Below are positions 38,740 to 48,436 of a DNA stretch of 60,584 nucleotides, one piece after another; the first letter of the stretch is position 1; each line of letters begins with the position of its first letter. Both the position numbers and the translations under genes were made by a program. The notes beneath the pieces were generated by a model, which saw only the letters and a program-made list of their open reading frames with translations, was not told where the DNA came from and did no database searches. This DNA comes from Clostridia bacterium (GTDB taxonomy: Bacteria; Bacillota; Peptococcia; Peptococcales; BICA1-8). Where the stretch lies: assembly GCA_030154225.1 (NCBI GenBank), contig JASKKI010000006.1, forward strand, positions 1-60,584, given 5' to 3'.

Positions 38740-40278
38740 TTACTCTTTTTTTCTTTTCCATTTGAGTTTCGGTTTTCGGGCGGGAGCAGGTATCGTCCCA
38801 CCTTTTTGCCTTGTTTTATCAATTGGCTTTAAAATACCAGGACGAATATTTTGAATAGGTACCGGAGATCTAACTAAAATTGATTTGAAACCACGCCAAT
38901 CAAAGGGTATTAATGGCCATAAATAGGGAACACCAAATGATTTCATAAAAGCTAAAAATAATAAGACTACTAATATTCCACCTATAAAGCCTATTAGACC
39001 TAAGCTAGCTACAGAAAGTAAAAGAAAATATCGTATATATCTATTAGCTAATCCAAGTTCAAAACTGGGAGTAGCAAAAGTTCCCACAGCTGCTAGTGCA
39101 CCATATAAAATTACTTCTGGAACAAATAGACCAATATTAATAGCAACCTCACCAATGAAAAAAGCAGCAATTAAACCTAAAGCAGTAGCTAATGGTGACG
39201 GTGTATGTATAGCCGCCATCCTAATTAAATCTATACCTATTTCTGCCAACAGGATTTGTATAAGTAAAGGTACATTTCCTTTTTTTTCTGGTCCTATATA
39301 TTTAAGTCCTTCTGGTAAAAGCTCTGGCTGTACTGAAACTAAATACCAAAGGGGCAAAATAAACAAAGAGGAAATTATGCCAAAAAACCGCACCCATCTA
39401 AGATAAGCACCAATACTAGGGCTTTGCCTGTATTCTTCGGCATGCTGTACATGGTGAAAATAGGTAGTAGGTAATATAATAATGCTGGGAGAAGTATCAA
39501 CTATTAACAAGATATGACCTTCCAATAAATGCACCGCTGCAACATCAGGTCTTTCTGTATATCTAACCTTTGGAAATGGATTCCAATAATTGCCAGGCAT
39601 TATTAACTCTTCTATAGATTTTTCAGCCATAGGTAAACCATCAATATTAATTGATTGTAACTTATCTTTAATTGTGGAAATTAGTTCGGGATTAGCGACA
39701 TCCTCAATATAACTGATAATAACATCTGTTCTGGACCTTCGCCCAACTTGTACCAGTTCCATCCTCAATCTAGGATCCCTTATTCTTCTTCTAATTAGGG
39801 CTGAATTAAAGACTAGGGTTTCAACAAAACCATCCCTGGAACCCCGACTTACCCGTTCAATGTCTGGTTCTTCAGGGCCTCTGGCAGGATATTCCCTGGC
39901 ATCAATAATGATTCCCTGATCTACCCCATCTATTATCAAAACAATAGTCCCGGATAAAACGGAAGTTATAATTTTATCTAACTGATCCGTTTTATCTGTT
40001 TCAATATAATTAATAAATTTTGTAGTTAATTTTTCTAAAGGGTCGACTGCTAAATCTTCATTTTCTACCCTGGCTAGGGTTTTCATAATCCAGAGCATAA
40101 TATCGTCTTTAGCAAATCCATCCACAAAATATAATGCTGCTTTTTTTCCTGCAATAGTAATATCCCTTCGAATTACATCGTAGCTTTTACCTATACCTAA
40201 TTCTCGGTCTAAAATTAAAATATTTTCATCAATTTTTTTATTAACTTTGACACTTTGTATTCCATCTAGTTGGCTCAT
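38740..40278 (-). CDS. spoVAF: Stage V sporulation protein AF (GerA-like)
   Basis: REYPARGPEEPD, RGSRDGFVETL, PFPKVRYTERPD, HHVQHAEEYRQ, AAIHTPSPL. Confidence 0.93.
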   Translation of the reverse strand: MSQLDGIQSVKVNKKIDENILILDRELGIGKSYDVIRRDITIAGKKAALYFVDGFAKDDIMLWIMKTLARVENEDLAVDPLEKLTTKFINYIETDKTDQLDKIITSVLSGTIVLIIDGVDQGIIIDAREYPARGPEEPDIERVSRGSRDGFVETLVFNSALIRRRIRDPRLRMELVQVGRRSRTDVIISYIEDVANPELISTIKDKLQSINIDGLPMAEKSIEELIMPGNYWNPFPKVRYTERPDVAAVHLLEGHILLIVDTSPSIIILPTTYFHHVQHAEEYRQSPSIGAYLRWVRFFGIISSLFILPLWYLVSVQPELLPEGLKYIGPEKKGNVPLLIQILLAEIGIDLIRMAAIHTPSPLATALGLIAAFFIGEVAINIGLFVPEVILYGALAAVGTFATPSFELGLANRYIRYFLLLSVASLGLIGFIGGILVVLLFLAFMKSFGVPYLWPLIPFDWRGFKSILVRSPVPIQNIRPGILKPIDKTRQKGGTIPAPARKPKLKWKRKKE

Positions 40279-40834
40279 TTTTTAAGCCTCCTCGGGAAAT
40301 AATGTATTGTAAGGCTTTAGTGGTAATTCTAGCTCCATTATGGTAGTCATCCTTGCCATCCATTTTGCCAATATCACCAATACCGATAATTATGGGAATA
40401 TCCAATTCATTGAGAATATCTACTGTATCTCCTAAAATCTTTTTGGTATACCAACAGGGTCTACCTGTTTTATCAACAGGTGCTTTGATTATTTTCCCAT
40501 CCCTGGTTATTGAATAATCACACTTAACTCCTTCCGCATTTGTGTTAGAGGCAACTGCTAAAACCCCAATTACTTCAATATCATGATGTTTCGCCACAAT
40601 TTCTAAAGCTGTTTCTCCATTTCCTTTACGGGGAGATCCTCGATCATCAAACATTACAACTACAGGGTCATGTTCGGCTTGTTTAATAAGTTCTACAATT
40701 TTTTCACCTTTCAATGGAGTAGGATTACCTCCGGAAGCAGATATAGTACGAGCATTAATGTTTTTGGCAGCTGTTTCTATTGTCTGCTGAGCAATAGTAT
40801 CACCATCTGTAACTAATATTACTTTACGCGGCAT
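40241..40834 (-). CDS. spoVAEa: Stage V sporulation protein AE (AEa)
   Basis: VILVTDGD, SGGNPT, VMFDDRG, AVASNT, GDTVD, GIGDIGKM. Confidence 0.93.
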   Translation of the reverse strand: MPRKVILVTDGDTIAQQTIETAAKNINARTISASGGNPTPLKGEKIVELIKQAEHDPVVVMFDDRGSPRKGNGETALEIVAKHHDIEVIGVLAVASNTNAEGVKCDYSITRDGKIIKAPVDKTGRPCWYTKKILGDTVDILNELDIPIIIGIGDIGKMDGKDDYHNGARITTKALQYIISRGGLKNEPTRWNTKCQS

Positions 40835-40840
40835 AATGAG

Positions 40841-41203
40841 TTATCCTTTCGGATTGAAAATTGTCGCCATAGAAAATCCTAATACAATGGCTGCAACTAT
40901 TCCTACAGAAGTTGCTTCCAATCCTCCACCAATTGCACCAAGTAGTCCTTTGGTTTTTACCCCTTCGATTGCACCTTGAGCCAAAGAATGACCAAATCCA
41001 GAAAGGGGAATGGTCGCTCCTGCCCCACCTAATTTAACTAGTGGTTCATAGTAACCTAAAGCACTTATTACTGCGCCGGTAGTTACATATCCAACTAAAA
41101 TATGGGCGGGGGTAATAACAAAAGGAGTTAAATCCATGATTAATTGTCCTATGACACAAATAATACCCCCAATAAAAAATGCATTAAATATATTTTCTAA
41201 CAT
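40841..41203 (-). CDS. spoVAEb: Stage V sporulation protein AE (AEb)
   Basis: AFFIGGIICVIGQ, GAGATIPLSGFG, FNPKG. Confidence 0.95.
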   Translation of the reverse strand: MLENIFNAFFIGGIICVIGQLIMDLTPFVITPAHILVGYVTTGAVISALGYYEPLVKLGGAGATIPLSGFGHSLAQGAIEGVKTKGLLGAIGGGLEATSVGIVAAIVLGFSMATIFNPKG

Positions 41204-41262
41204 AATTTAGCCTCCTCGTATAATATGTTTAGTCCCTCTTTAAATAAATAATTTCCAGTTTT

Positions 41263-41380
41263 AAAAAAACAGAGGCTCACCGTCAAGGGCGGGCACCTAT
41301 CACCCGCAGATAGTTCCTTCTGGCAACCTATACTGGAAGACAGTAGCTTCCAGGTAGCCCATGCCGGAGTACTTGCTGGA
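41263..41380. other. GC-rich structured intergenic element, candidate ncRNA or cis-regulatory RNA
   Basis: 62 of 110 G+C (41271-41380) in an AT-rich window; hairpins CTGGAAG/CTTCCAG (41333-41353) and CTATC/GATAG (41297-41313), long-range pairing 41288-41297 with 41353-41365, ends in T7 on the minus strand. Confidence 0.45.
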
Positions 41381-42403
41381 CTAACTTTTACCCTGAATAA
41401 CAACCCCATGGGCAATACAAGGAATAGTTTCTCCTTGTTGAGTACTGGTTGGACTTAATAAAGCCCCTGTAGCAACAAGAAAAATATTTTTTAAGTTTCC
41501 TTTTAACATTTGCGGTAATAAATAACCTGCTAGAACACTTGCTGAGCAACCACAACCACTTCCCCCGGCATGGACATCTTGACCGGGATCATAAATTAAA
41601 ACTCCACAATCAGAATAATTAAATGAAATATCAAATCCCTTTTGTAAAACCAGTTCTTCACATAATACTCTCCCAATATTCCCTAAATCCCCAGTAATTA
41701 TCAAATCAAAATCTTTAGGATTTTTCCCAGTATCTTGAAAATATCTGATGATGGTATCAGCTGCAGCAGGGGCCATAGCCGAACCCATATCCGTGGCATT
41801 AGCTTGTCCCATATCAATAACTTTTCCCAAGATTCCCTGCGTTATAATTAAATCATTTTTTTCGGAATTTGCTTCCAGAATATACGCACCACTTCCGGTA
41901 ACTGTCCATTGGGCAGTCATTGTTCTCTGAACACCAAGTTCTGTAGGAAATCTTAATTGTCTCTCTGCTGCATCATGATGACTGGAACAAGCTACACCAA
42001 CCCTATTGGCAAAACCACCATCTATAAGTATTGAGCCTAATACTAATCCTTCAACCAGTGTTGAACATGCTCCATAAATACCTATATAAGGTACACCCAA
42101 AGACCTAGCCGTAAAGTTTGATGACATAATTTGATTTAATAAATCACCTGCTAAAAAATAATCTAAATCTTGTAGTAGCAGGTTTTTTTTAGCCAGGGCA
42201 ATTTCCAGACTGTGTTCTAGCATTTTTTGCTCTGTTTTTTCCCAGGACTTTTCTCCATCTAAATTATTTTCCAGAATATAATCAAATCCAGTACCTAAAG
42301 GGCCTTGTCCTTCTTTAGGGCCAACAATAGAAGCAAAAGAAACAACGGAAATTGGGTTTAAAAAATTAATTGTTTGTTTGCCTATTTTTTTATTCTGCAT
42401 CAT
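41381..42403 (-). CDS. spoVAD: Stage V sporulation protein AD (DPA-binding)
   Basis: VGPKEGQGPL, AGDLLNQ, GACST, AERQLRFP, TVTGSG, MAPAA, GGSGCGCS, IPCIAH. Confidence 0.97.
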   Translation of the reverse strand: MMQNKKIGKQTINFLNPISVVSFASIVGPKEGQGPLGTGFDYILENNLDGEKSWEKTEQKMLEHSLEIALAKKNLLLQDLDYFLAGDLLNQIMSSNFTARSLGVPYIGIYGACSTLVEGLVLGSILIDGGFANRVGVACSSHHDAAERQLRFPTELGVQRTMTAQWTVTGSGAYILEANSEKNDLIITQGILGKVIDMGQANATDMGSAMAPAAADTIIRYFQDTGKNPKDFDLIITGDLGNIGRVLCEELVLQKGFDISFNYSDCGVLIYDPGQDVHAGGSGCGCSASVLAGYLLPQMLKGNLKNIFLVATGALLSPTSTQQGETIPCIAHGVVIQGKS

Positions 42404-42413
42404 TTCCTCATCC

Positions 42414-43070
42414 TTACTTAATAATATAAAATATTAAACCGATAATTACAGATATCAAACTGCCATAAAGAATTACAGGCCCTGCGATAGTAAATACTTT
42501 TGCTCCCACACCATATACATATCCCTCTCTTTTAAATTCTATAGCAGGTGATACAATAGAATTAGCAAACCCTGTAATGGGAACCATAGAACCTGCTCCT
42601 CCAAAACGGCCAATCTCATCATAAATTCCTAAACCTGTTAGTAAAGCTCCTATAAATACCATTACTGTTGCAGCTGCTACAGAAGCTTCTTTGTTGGAAA
42701 TTCCATTTAAAGTAAATATATTAATTATAATTTGGCCTATAGAACAAATAACTCCGCCGACAAAAAATGCAGCTAAAGAATTTTTTAAAACCGGAATTGG
42801 AGGAGCACTTTTTTGAACTATACGACCATAGCGTATTTGATTATATTTTTTTAAAATATTTTGCTGTTCAATTAATGATGCTCTAACCTTCTTTATCATT
42901 TTTCTACGATTTTTATCTGGAGTCTTAGCTTCCAAAAAGATAAGGTACTGGTAATCTTCTTGTAATCCTTGGTTTAAAGATTGGATTTCTGTATCTGATA
43001 TATCTTTTAAAACATTCAAGTTTTGCCAACGTTTTTCCAAACGATTTTTTATTTCATTAAAATCAGCCAT
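42414..43070 (-). CDS. spoVAC: Stage V sporulation protein AC with N-terminal extension
   Basis: AFFVGGVICSIGQ, GAGSMVPITGFANS, EFKREG, FTIAGPVI; GGAGGTG RBS at the extended start. Confidence 0.93.
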   Translation of the reverse strand: MADFNEIKNRLEKRWQNLNVLKDISDTEIQSLNQGLQEDYQYLIFLEAKTPDKNRRKMIKKVRASLIEQQNILKKYNQIRYGRIVQKSAPPIPVLKNSLAAFFVGGVICSIGQIIINIFTLNGISNKEASVAAATVMVFIGALLTGLGIYDEIGRFGGAGSMVPITGFANSIVSPAIEFKREGYVYGVGAKVFTIAGPVILYGSLISVIIGLIFYIIK

Positions 43071-43089
43071 TTTAAGTCACCTCCATAAC

Positions 43090-43119
43090 TATTATCTCTC
43101 TTGTTAATTTCAATTATGC
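43090..43119 (-). promoter_or_regulatory. SigG/SigF-like promoter of spoVA
   Basis: GCATA-15-AGAGATAATA. Confidence 0.6.
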
Positions 43120-43145
43120 CCCAAAAAAAACCGGTAAAAACCGGT

Positions 43146-43931
43146 TTATGAAATGCTTGACTCCTGATTCAACAAATTTTTTATTCTTCTCAAGGCTTGT
43201 CTCTCGATTCTGGAAACTTGTACCTGAGATAGTCCAACTGTTTCCGCTACCTCTGTTTGAGTTTTATCCTGAAAAAATCTTAAAAGTAAAACTTCTCTTT
43301 CTTTAACAGGTAATTTATTTAAAATTTCTTTTAAAGCTAATTTATCAAACCAATGAGCTTCTTCATCAGAATCTTTCGTTAGCTGATCTAAAACATAAAT
43401 GGGATCACCATCATCTTGGTAAAGGGTTTCATGGATAGATGTAGGAGTTTGAACCGCTTCTAATGCAGCAACTATATCTTCTACTTCTATATCAAGTATT
43501 TCGGCAATTTCACTAATTTTTGGTTCCCTTCCTAATTCTTTTGTTAAAGTATCTCTGCATTTATTTACTTTGTAGGCAGTTTCTTTTAAAGATCTACTGA
43601 CTTTCACAGGATTATCATCTCTTAAAAATCTCCTGATTTCTCCAATAATCATTGGTACTGCATAAGTTGAAAATTTTACATTATAATTAGTATCAAATTT
43701 GTCAATTGCTTTGATTAAGCCAATTGTCCCAATTTGAAATAAATCTTCTATTTCATAACCTCTATTGGCAAATCTTTGAACTAAATTAAAAACCAGTCTT
43801 AAATTACAATTAATCAATCGTTCACGGGCTTGTTTATCTCCTGCTTGTGCTTTTATTAACAGTTCTGACATTTCATCATCTGATAGTAACGGGAATCTGG
43901 GTAAATTCATTTCTGACAATCTTACATTCAT
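43146..43931 (-). CDS. sigF: RNA polymerase sporulation sigma factor SigF
   Basis: DLFQIGTIGLIKAIDKF, FSTYAVPMIIGEIRRFLRDD, SQVQVSRIE; third gene of spoIIA. Confidence 0.95.
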   Translation of the reverse strand: MNVRLSEMNLPRFPLLSDDEMSELLIKAQAGDKQARERLINCNLRLVFNLVQRFANRGYEIEDLFQIGTIGLIKAIDKFDTNYNVKFSTYAVPMIIGEIRRFLRDDNPVKVSRSLKETAYKVNKCRDTLTKELGREPKISEIAEILDIEVEDIVAALEAVQTPTSIHETLYQDDGDPIYVLDQLTKDSDEEAHWFDKLALKEILNKLPVKEREVLLLRFFQDKTQTEVAETVGLSQVQVSRIERQALRRIKNLLNQESSIS

Positions 43932-43941
43932 ATTTTCCACC

Positions 43942-44397
43942 TTAAGTAGCCATGAGTGCGCATGACCCATTATCTACCAATTTTTTTTGTAAAATTACTT
44001 TTGTACCTTGACCAACCTCTGAAATTACTTCAACATTATCCATAAAAGATTTCATAAAAACAAAACCCAGTCCCATTCTATCAGGATCAGTAGAAAAAGT
44101 AGGAGTCATAGCCTGTTCAATATTTTCAATACCTACACCATTATCTTCGATGATTATTTCCAAGATCTCTTTATTTAGTTTTGCTTCTATAACTACAATT
44201 CCACTATTTCTATTCTGATAGCCATGAATAATTGCATTGGAAACAGCTTCTGAAACAGCGACTTTAATTTCTTCTAAATCATTTAGTGTAAAGTCTACTT
44301 GAGCCATCAGGCTGGCAATAAGAACTCTTGCTAAGGCAACATTTTCAGGTAAACTGGAAAACTCAAGTTTTACAAAATTTTTTTTATAATTCACCAT
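43942..44397 (-). CDS. spoIIAB: Anti-sigma F factor
   Basis: EIKVAVSEAVSNAIIHGY, DNGVGI, GLGFVFM..FMD. Confidence 0.96.
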   Translation of the reverse strand: MVNYKKNFVKLEFSSLPENVALARVLIASLMAQVDFTLNDLEEIKVAVSEAVSNAIIHGYQNRNSGIVVIEAKLNKEILEIIIEDNGVGIENIEQAMTPTFSTDPDRMGLGFVFMKSFMDNVEVISEVGQGTKVILQKKLVDNGSCALMAT

Positions 44398-44400
44398 TAT

Positions 44401-44736
44401 TTAAGCCTCCTTTGTTTCTTTCATCTCTTCTGCTTTAAACACTGGAATTATTTTCATAATTCCTGATAGATCCAATATTCGGTAAACAGAAGGTTTGATA
44501 CCAAATATTGATATTTTGCCACCTTTTTGCTGCATAATTTTATATCTACCTAAAAGTGCACCTAAACCTGAACTATCAATAAATTCAACTTGTGACAAAT
44601 CTATAATTAGATTACGCACAGGCCTATCCATTAATAATTTATCAACAGTTTCTCTAAATTCTTTAGCTACTACCAGGTCTAATTCCCCGAAAATTTTAAC
44701 TATTAAGCTGTCACTTTTTACTTTTACCGTAACCAT
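44401..44736 (-). CDS. spoIIAA: Anti-sigma F factor antagonist
   Basis: GELD, FIDSSGLGALLGRYK (STAS domain). Confidence 0.95.
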   Translation of the reverse strand: MVTVKVKSDSLIVKIFGELDLVVAKEFRETVDKLLMDRPVRNLIIDLSQVEFIDSSGLGALLGRYKIMQQKGGKISIFGIKPSVYRILDLSGIMKIIPVFKAEEMKETKEA

Positions 44737-44770
44737 TTACCTCATCCTCCTCTAATAAACTAGCAAAATT

Positions 44771-44823
44771 ATTCTACAATAAAAATCAGTTTCCTGCTAA
44801 TATTTGGAAAAAAGAATGTCGAA
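44771..44823 (-). promoter_or_regulatory. SigH promoter of spoIIA with Spo0A box
   Basis: GCAGGAAA...GTAGAAT sigma-H pattern (44797-44771); perfect 0A box TGTCGAA at 44817-44823. Confidence 0.75.
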
Positions 44824-44862
44824 GTTTAGCAAATTTCTTTGAACAATAATGATGTAATAATA

Positions 44863-44888
44863 AAAAGCACCTCAATGGAAGTGCTTTT
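44863..44888. terminator. Terminator after dacF
   Basis: AAAAGCAC-N10-GTGCTTTT. Confidence 0.6.
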
Positions 44889-44892
44889 ATTA

Positions 44893-46047
44893 TTAATCGA
44901 AATCTAGTATATCTTTAATCAGTTTTTTATACTGCCGCCAGAAACTTCCTCTTTCCACACCTTCTTTAGCCACAATATCAAATTTTTTAATAGGTTCATT
45001 TTCTTTTAAAATAGATATCTTACCAATTACCTGGCCTTTTTTGATAGGAGCAGTTATTACTGGGTCCATTTCTATCCTGGTACTAATTCCTTCTTCTCTA
45101 CCTTTAGGTAATATTAAACCTACCCTAGCATTTGTTACTGCTTTTACATAATCTTGTGCACCTTTACCTACTTTTACTTCAGCAATTTCTTGCCCTTCTT
45201 TCATAAATTCTTTAAAAATATATGAGGCAAAACCATGATTAAACAGAATCATACTATCCCTAAAATTCCCTTTACGCTGTGGAGCACCCAAAACTACAGA
45301 AATAAGTCTTAAACCATTTCTTTCTGCCGTTGAAGCTAAACAAAAACCTGATTCTTCACCTATCCAACCCGTCTTAAATCCGTCTGCCCCAGGATACCAC
45401 CAGAGTAATTTATTAGTATTATCAAGTTGAAAAGGTTTACCGGTATTCTCTCTTAAACGATAATGTTTTATAGAGGTTAACTGTAATATTTCTTCATGTT
45501 TTAGTGCCTCTCTCCCTATTTGAGCCATATCATAGGCACTGGTATAATGACCATCAGCAGGCAAACCATATGAATTCACAAAATTTGTATCTTTTAATCC
45601 CAATTCCTTTGCCTTATTATTCATTACTTCCACAAAAGACTCATGGGTACCATATAAATGTTCTGCTACTGCAACACAAGCATCATTTGCCGAACCAACT
45701 GCAATAGCTATTAATAATTCTTTCAAGGTCATTTCTTCTCCTGGTTCCAAATAGATTTGTGAACCACCCAATCTCCAAGCATTTTCACTAGCTACCACTA
45801 TATCATCATAACTACCTCTACCTTCTTTAATTGCTTCAATAGCTATAAGTAAAGTCATCAGTTTGGTGACACTAGCAGGAGCTCTTCTTGCATGGGAATT
45901 CTTTTCATATAATACTTTTCCTGAAGTTGCATCTATTAAAATAGCTGAAGGTGTTTCTAGAGTAAGTTCTACACTATAAGAAATGGTAGGGAATAAAGTA
46001 AATGTAAAAAGGAACAGTGTTAATACTGCTAACTGTTTTCTGAACAT
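44893..46047 (-). CDS. dacF: D-alanyl-D-alanine carboxypeptidase DacF
   Basis: PASVTK, SANDA, KTG motifs; upstream of spoIIAA; AGGAGGT RBS before MFRKQ. Confidence 0.93.
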   Translation of the reverse strand: MFRKQLAVLTLFLFTFTLFPTISYSVELTLETPSAILIDATSGKVLYEKNSHARRAPASVTKLMTLLIAIEAIKEGRGSYDDIVVASENAWRLGGSQIYLEPGEEMTLKELLIAIAVGSANDACVAVAEHLYGTHESFVEVMNNKAKELGLKDTNFVNSYGLPADGHYTSAYDMAQIGREALKHEEILQLTSIKHYRLRENTGKPFQLDNTNKLLWWYPGADGFKTGWIGEESGFCLASTAERNGLRLISVVLGAPQRKGNFRDSMILFNHGFASYIFKEFMKEGQEIAEVKVGKGAQDYVKAVTNARVGLILPKGREEGISTRIEMDPVITAPIKKGQVIGKISILKENEPIKKFDIVAKEGVERGSFWRQYKKLIKDILDFD

Positions 46048-46076
46048 AAATTTACCTCCTTTTAAAAATGTGTTTT

Positions 46077-46105
46077 TATTATTTCCAAAACTGGGCAAGG
46101 TATGC
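46077..46105 (-). promoter_or_regulatory. SigF/SigG-like promoter of dacF
   Basis: GCATA-14-GGAAATAATA. Confidence 0.65.
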
Positions 46106-46149
46106 TTATAGTTGAAAAGTAGAATAATATTTTCAGGAGGTGTTATTTT

Positions 46150-46272
46150 ATGAACACAATTTTAGCTTTATTTTTGCTTTTTATTTTAGGAGGGATGACA
46201 ATATATGTATTAATAACCAAAGTAATTATTCCAATTTATAAAATTTATCAAAATCAAATGCAATTAAAATAG
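46150..46272 (+). CDS. Small single-TM protein (40 aa), not in the ORF track
   Basis: AGGAGGTG RBS 7 nt before ATG; MNTILALFLLFILGGMTIYVLITKVIIPIYKIYQNQMQLK*; followed by a hairpin. Confidence 0.65.
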   Translation: MNTILALFLLFILGGMTIYVLITKVIIPIYKIYQNQMQLK

Positions 46273-46274
46273 AA

Positions 46275-46295
46275 AACCGACGAATATCGTCGGTT
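46275..46295. terminator. Hairpin terminator between the small ORF and pdp
   Basis: AACCGACGA-ATA-TCGTCGGTT. Confidence 0.65.
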
Positions 46296-46306
46296 AAATA
46301 ATTGTT

Positions 46307-47611
46307 TTATGTAATTATATCCAATATAAGCTCAGGTTTGTTTACTTTTTCTTTACTAAATTTATATGAATTCTCAATTATGGAAACTGCCTCTCTAACC
46401 TTTTTCCCATCATTAAAATAAACTTCTGCCAAAATATCATCTTTTTCTACTTTATCGCCAATCTTTTTCTTAATCAAAATACCTACCCCTAAGTCTATTT
46501 TATCTTCTTTTTTAGCTCTACCAGCACCAATTATCATAGCAGCCCTGCCTATTTCTTCAGTATCAATTTCTTTTACATATCCTTGGTAGGAACTTCTAAT
46601 ATCTAATTTGAATTTACCAAGAGGTAAAATCTCTAAATTTTCCTTTACCCTTTCATCCCCCCCTTGAGCTTTAATAAATTCACCAAACTTTAAAAGCCCT
46701 TTTCCTGAGTAAAGTATTTCTGTTGCATATTCATAGCCTTCCTCAAAATTTGTAGTCTTTTTACCTAAGACAAACATATAACTGGCTAAGACTAAACATA
46801 GTTCTGTTAGATCTTTAGGACCTTGACCTTTCAGGGTTAAAATAGCTTCTCTTACTTCTAAAGAATTTCCAATTGCTTCCCCTAAAGGTTGATTCATATT
46901 AGAGATAACTGCCATGGTTTTTCGATTAAAATTATTTCCTATATTCACCATTACCCTAGCTAGTTTTTTTGCCTCGGAAATATCTTTTATAAAAGCTCCA
47001 TTGCCAACTTTTACATCCAGTAAAATAGCATCTGCCCCTGCCGCAATTTTTTTACTCATTACGCTGCTGGCAATAAGGGGAATAGAATTTACTGTCGCAG
47101 TAACATCCCGTAAAGCATATAATTTTTTATCTGCAGGCACCAAGTTTCCAGATTGTCCTACTATAGCTAAATTAATACTATTAACTTGTTTAATAAACTC
47201 TTCCCTTGTTAATTCAACATTAAAACCTGGTATGGCTTCTAATTTATCAATGGTACCACCAGTGTGTCCTAAACCCCTCCCAGACATTTTTGCCACAGGA
47301 ACTCCACCTGCAGCAACAAGAGGACCTAATACAAGGGTTGTGGTATCTCCTACACCACCGGTACTGTGCTTGTCAACTTTAATACCCTTTATCTCACTTA
47401 AATCAATAGTTTCACCTGACTTTATCATTTCCTTGGTTAAGAATGCTATTTCTTCATCATTCATTCCTCTAAAAAAAACGGCCATAGCCCAGGCCGATAC
47501 CTGATAATCAGGAATAAACCCTTTTACATATCCTTGAATAAAATATTCAATTTCTTCTTTAGTTAAATTTTGACCATCTCTTTTTTTAGCAATAATATCA
47601 TATGCCCGCAT
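46307..47611 (-). CDS. pdp: Pyrimidine-nucleoside phosphorylase
   Basis: [41 protein letters not shown]. Confidence 0.96.
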   Translation of the reverse strand: MRAYDIIAKKRDGQNLTKEEIEYFIQGYVKGFIPDYQVSAWAMAVFFRGMNDEEIAFLTKEMIKSGETIDLSEIKGIKVDKHSTGGVGDTTTLVLGPLVAAGGVPVAKMSGRGLGHTGGTIDKLEAIPGFNVELTREEFIKQVNSINLAIVGQSGNLVPADKKLYALRDVTATVNSIPLIASSVMSKKIAAGADAILLDVKVGNGAFIKDISEAKKLARVMVNIGNNFNRKTMAVISNMNQPLGEAIGNSLEVREAILTLKGQGPKDLTELCLVLASYMFVLGKKTTNFEEGYEYATEILYSGKGLLKFGEFIKAQGGDERVKENLEILPLGKFKLDIRSSYQGYVKEIDTEEIGRAAMIIGAGRAKKEDKIDLGVGILIKKKIGDKVEKDDILAEVYFNDGKKVREAVSIIENSYKFSKEKVNKPELILDIIT

Positions 47612-48425
47612 TTTCATTCCCTACCCCAATTTCCTTTATTATTCCTAATAATAAAGAGCGTAAATTTTCTCTAACTTTTTCAGCAGTTTCCATGACCTCA
47701 TCATGGGTTAATTTTTTTCCTGTAACTCCTGCAGCCATATTAGTAATACAGGAAATACCTAAAACTGACATACTACCATGGTTAGCAACAATAACCTCTG
47801 GTACGGTTGACATACCTACTGCATCAGCACCAATAGTCCGGAGATATTTAATTTCTGCCGGTGTTTCATAACTGGGACCTGTAACAGCAGCATAGATCCC
47901 TTCCCGAATTTCAATATTTAATTTTTTAGCAACATTTTTAGCTAATGAAATTAATTTCGAACTATAAGCCTCTGTCATATCTGGAAACCTTGGCCCGAAT
48001 TCAGCAAGATTTTTCCCTATCAATGGATTTGTACCCATTAAATTAATATGATCATTTATTAACATAATTGTCCCCTCTGAAAAAGAAAGGTTTATTCCAC
48101 CTGCTGCATTTGTTACAATTAGAAATTTAATTCCTAATCCTTGCATAACCCTAATAGGGAAAGTAATTTTTTGTAAATTATACCCTTCATAATAATGAAA
48201 GCGACCCTGCATGGTTAAGACAGGTACATCAGCCAATTTTCCGATTACTAATTGTCCTGCATGACCTTCAACAGTAGACTCGGGAAAATTTGGTATATCC
48301 TTGTATGGTAAAAATAAAGGATCAGTTATCTCTTCGGCTAAGACGCCAAGACCGGAACCTAAAATTAGACCAATTTTTGGTTTAATCTTTATCTGCTTTT
48401 GTATATACTCTAAAGTTACTTTCAC
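47598..48425 (-). CDS. punA: Purine-nucleoside phosphorylase
   Basis: [37 protein letters not shown]. Confidence 0.95.
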   Translation of the reverse strand: MKVTLEYIQKQIKIKPKIGLILGSGLGVLAEEITDPLFLPYKDIPNFPESTVEGHAGQLVIGKLADVPVLTMQGRFHYYEGYNLQKITFPIRVMQGLGIKFLIVTNAAGGINLSFSEGTIMLINDHINLMGTNPLIGKNLAEFGPRFPDMTEAYSSKLISLAKNVAKKLNIEIREGIYAAVTGPSYETPAEIKYLRTIGADAVGMSTVPEVIVANHGSMSVLGISCITNMAAGVTGKKLTHDEVMETAEKVRENLRSLLLGIIKEIGVGNENAGI

Positions 48426-48436
48426 TTTTTCACCTC

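Noticed and set aside
41288-41330. Partial resemblance to SAM-I, c-di-GMP-II or 6S motifs (GGGCACC, GGCAACC)
   Set aside because: The other conserved elements and required pairings of those families are absent.
41300-41383. TAG read-through (pyrrolysine-style) of spoVAD giving a 26-codon extension
   Set aside because: SpoVAD is already complete at IAHGVVIQGKS, no pyl genes are in the window, and a 26-codon open stretch is unremarkable at this GC content.
41197-41415. 72-aa minus-strand ORF across the spoVAD-spoVAEb gap
   Set aside because: Overlaps both flanking genes, has no RBS and no recognisable motif; probably open because the segment is GC-rich.
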